Assembly (NCBI GenBank): GCA_010093605.1
Contig: MU004192.1
Location: forward strand, 1,521,112-1,553,376
Direction of reading: 5' to 3'
Source: Lophium mytilinum
Taxonomy: Eukaryota
DNA: 32,265 nucleotides
Shown here: in pieces, positions 30,662 to 32,265 of the stretch
How the letters are laid out: the number at the start of each line of letters is the position of its first letter
How positions within the stretch are numbered: position 1 is the first letter of the stretch
Notes under the pieces: generated by a model
What the model saw: only the letters and a program-made list of their open reading frames with translations
The model's database searches: none
Told to the model about the DNA's origin: nothing
Made by a program: the position numbers and the translations under genes

Positions 30662-32265
30662 TTTCTTCTTTACATAGATAGATAGATAGATAGATAGAAT
30701 CTATATATTTATCTATTTATATAATAGAGTTATATCTATATATCTATATATCTATTTAGTATCTAATCTTATATAGTCTACTATTTTAGTAAAACTACTT
30801 CCTACTAATAGTTTAGTGAATATATCAGCTATTTACTCCTTAGTATTAAGGTAGGCTAGCTTTATTAATCCATTTTAAACGTTTTCTCTTATAAAATAAT
30901 ATTATATATCTATATATTTAGTTTTTAAGTAGTATTTAGAATTATTAGCTAATTCTATAGCTAATTAACTATTAATAAATAGATAGAATTCTTCTATATT
31001 TCTAATATTAAGTTAGATTAATATACTTATTAAGTATATATATTCTTTTATAGTTTCTTTTAAAGCTATATATTTAGCTTTGCAACTAGATAGTGCTATA
31101 GATTTCTATAGTTTACTATTCCAGCTAATAGGGGTTTTTCTATAGGAGAAGTAGTAGCTAGTTATTAATTTTCTTCCTATTATATTACCCCTATAATCTG
31201 CATTGGAATATCCTAATAAATAGGGTGCTAGATCACTAGGAGAAAATTTAATACTAATTCCGTGCGTAGGCTTATATAATAAGTATTTCTAGATCCTTTC
31301 TAAGGCTTTAAAGTAAATAGAACTAGGATTAGATATAAAACGAGCGCATAGATTTACGCTATAGGCTATATCTAGTCTTGTCTTTATAAATAGATAAATA
31401 AGACTTCTAACTTATTACTAGTATAGTTTTATATCTTCTTTTAATACCTATTTATTATTTTTCTCTAGTTTTATACCTATTTCTCCTAGTATAGAAACGG
31501 GATTTAGTTTCTCTTTATTAAATCTTTTTAATAGACTTTTTATATACTTTTTCTAGCTTAGTAATAAGGTTCTTTCTTTTCTATTATATATTATTTCTAT
31601 GCCTAGAAAATAGAATATAGGGCCTAAGTTTATTAATTCTAAGTCTTTACTTAGTTTTAATTATAGATTTTCTATATCTTTTATATTTAGCCTAAATACT
31701 AATAAATTATCTACGTAGTAGACTATTATTATATTTAATTGCGTATTTTTAAATACTACTTAGTCTACAATAGTACTTTTAAACCTGTACTTTTCTAAAT
31801 ATATAGCTAAATAGATATACTATTATCTAGGGGACTATTTTAGGCCGTATAATACTTTATTTAGCTTCTAGACTTTATTATTTCTATTAAAACTATATAG
31901 TTATTCTATATATAGTTCTTTATCTAAGTCTATATATATAAATGCGTTTTTAAAGTCCTATTATATTATTTCCTAGTTATAATAAGTAGCTAATATAAGT
32001 AATAGCCTATATACTTCTAGGCGGCAAGTATTAGTAAAGGTTTCTTTATAATCTACACTATAGACTTAGCTAAAACCTTTTACTACCTATCTTGCTTTAT
32101 ATTTAGATATATTATTATCTATATTAGTTTTAATTTTAAAAACCCAGCGTCCTTTTAACGCATTTCTATTTACTAGTAAGTCTACTAACTCCCAGGTATT
32201 TTACTTATTAAGCTGGTCTAATTCTATTTATATAGCTTCTTTCTACTTATTATTATAAGAAGATT
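30295..32265 (-). mobile_element. Second copy of the copia element (3' LTR, RNase H, RT), running off the window end
   Basis: Reverse complement of ~3500..5483 of the first element, with PPT and an LTR with intact TG...CA termini. Confidence 0.96.

Overview
Eukaryotic (filamentous ascomycete) genomic DNA with spliceosomal introns and a strong RIP (repeat-induced point mutation) signature. A ~25 kb gene block lies between two inverted, RIP-inactivated copies of one Ty1/copia LTR retrotransposon. One copy is full length (19..5483, +), has an AGAAT target-site duplication and is nested in an older LTR of its own family. The other is partial (30295..end, -). Genes in order: a disrupted sphingomyelinase-D/phospholipase-D toxin-family gene; an intact 3-exon bacterial-type PI-PLC X-domain gene; a ~1306 aa fusion of degenerate homeodomain, C2H2 fingers, non-RD Ser/Thr kinase and HET domain; an epoxide hydrolase ending in PTS1 (SRL); an SLX9-like gene; an AT-rich RIP island with solo LTRs; a degenerate LOV/PAS protein; a BEM46-like hydrolase head-to-head with trifunctional HIS4; and a disrupted GT31 glycosyltransferase. 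The best candidate for something new is the homeodomain/ZnF-kinase-HET fusion, a possible integrated-decoy cell-death receptor, next to the two phospholipase genes. All family calls come from motif recognition by eye; no database search was run.
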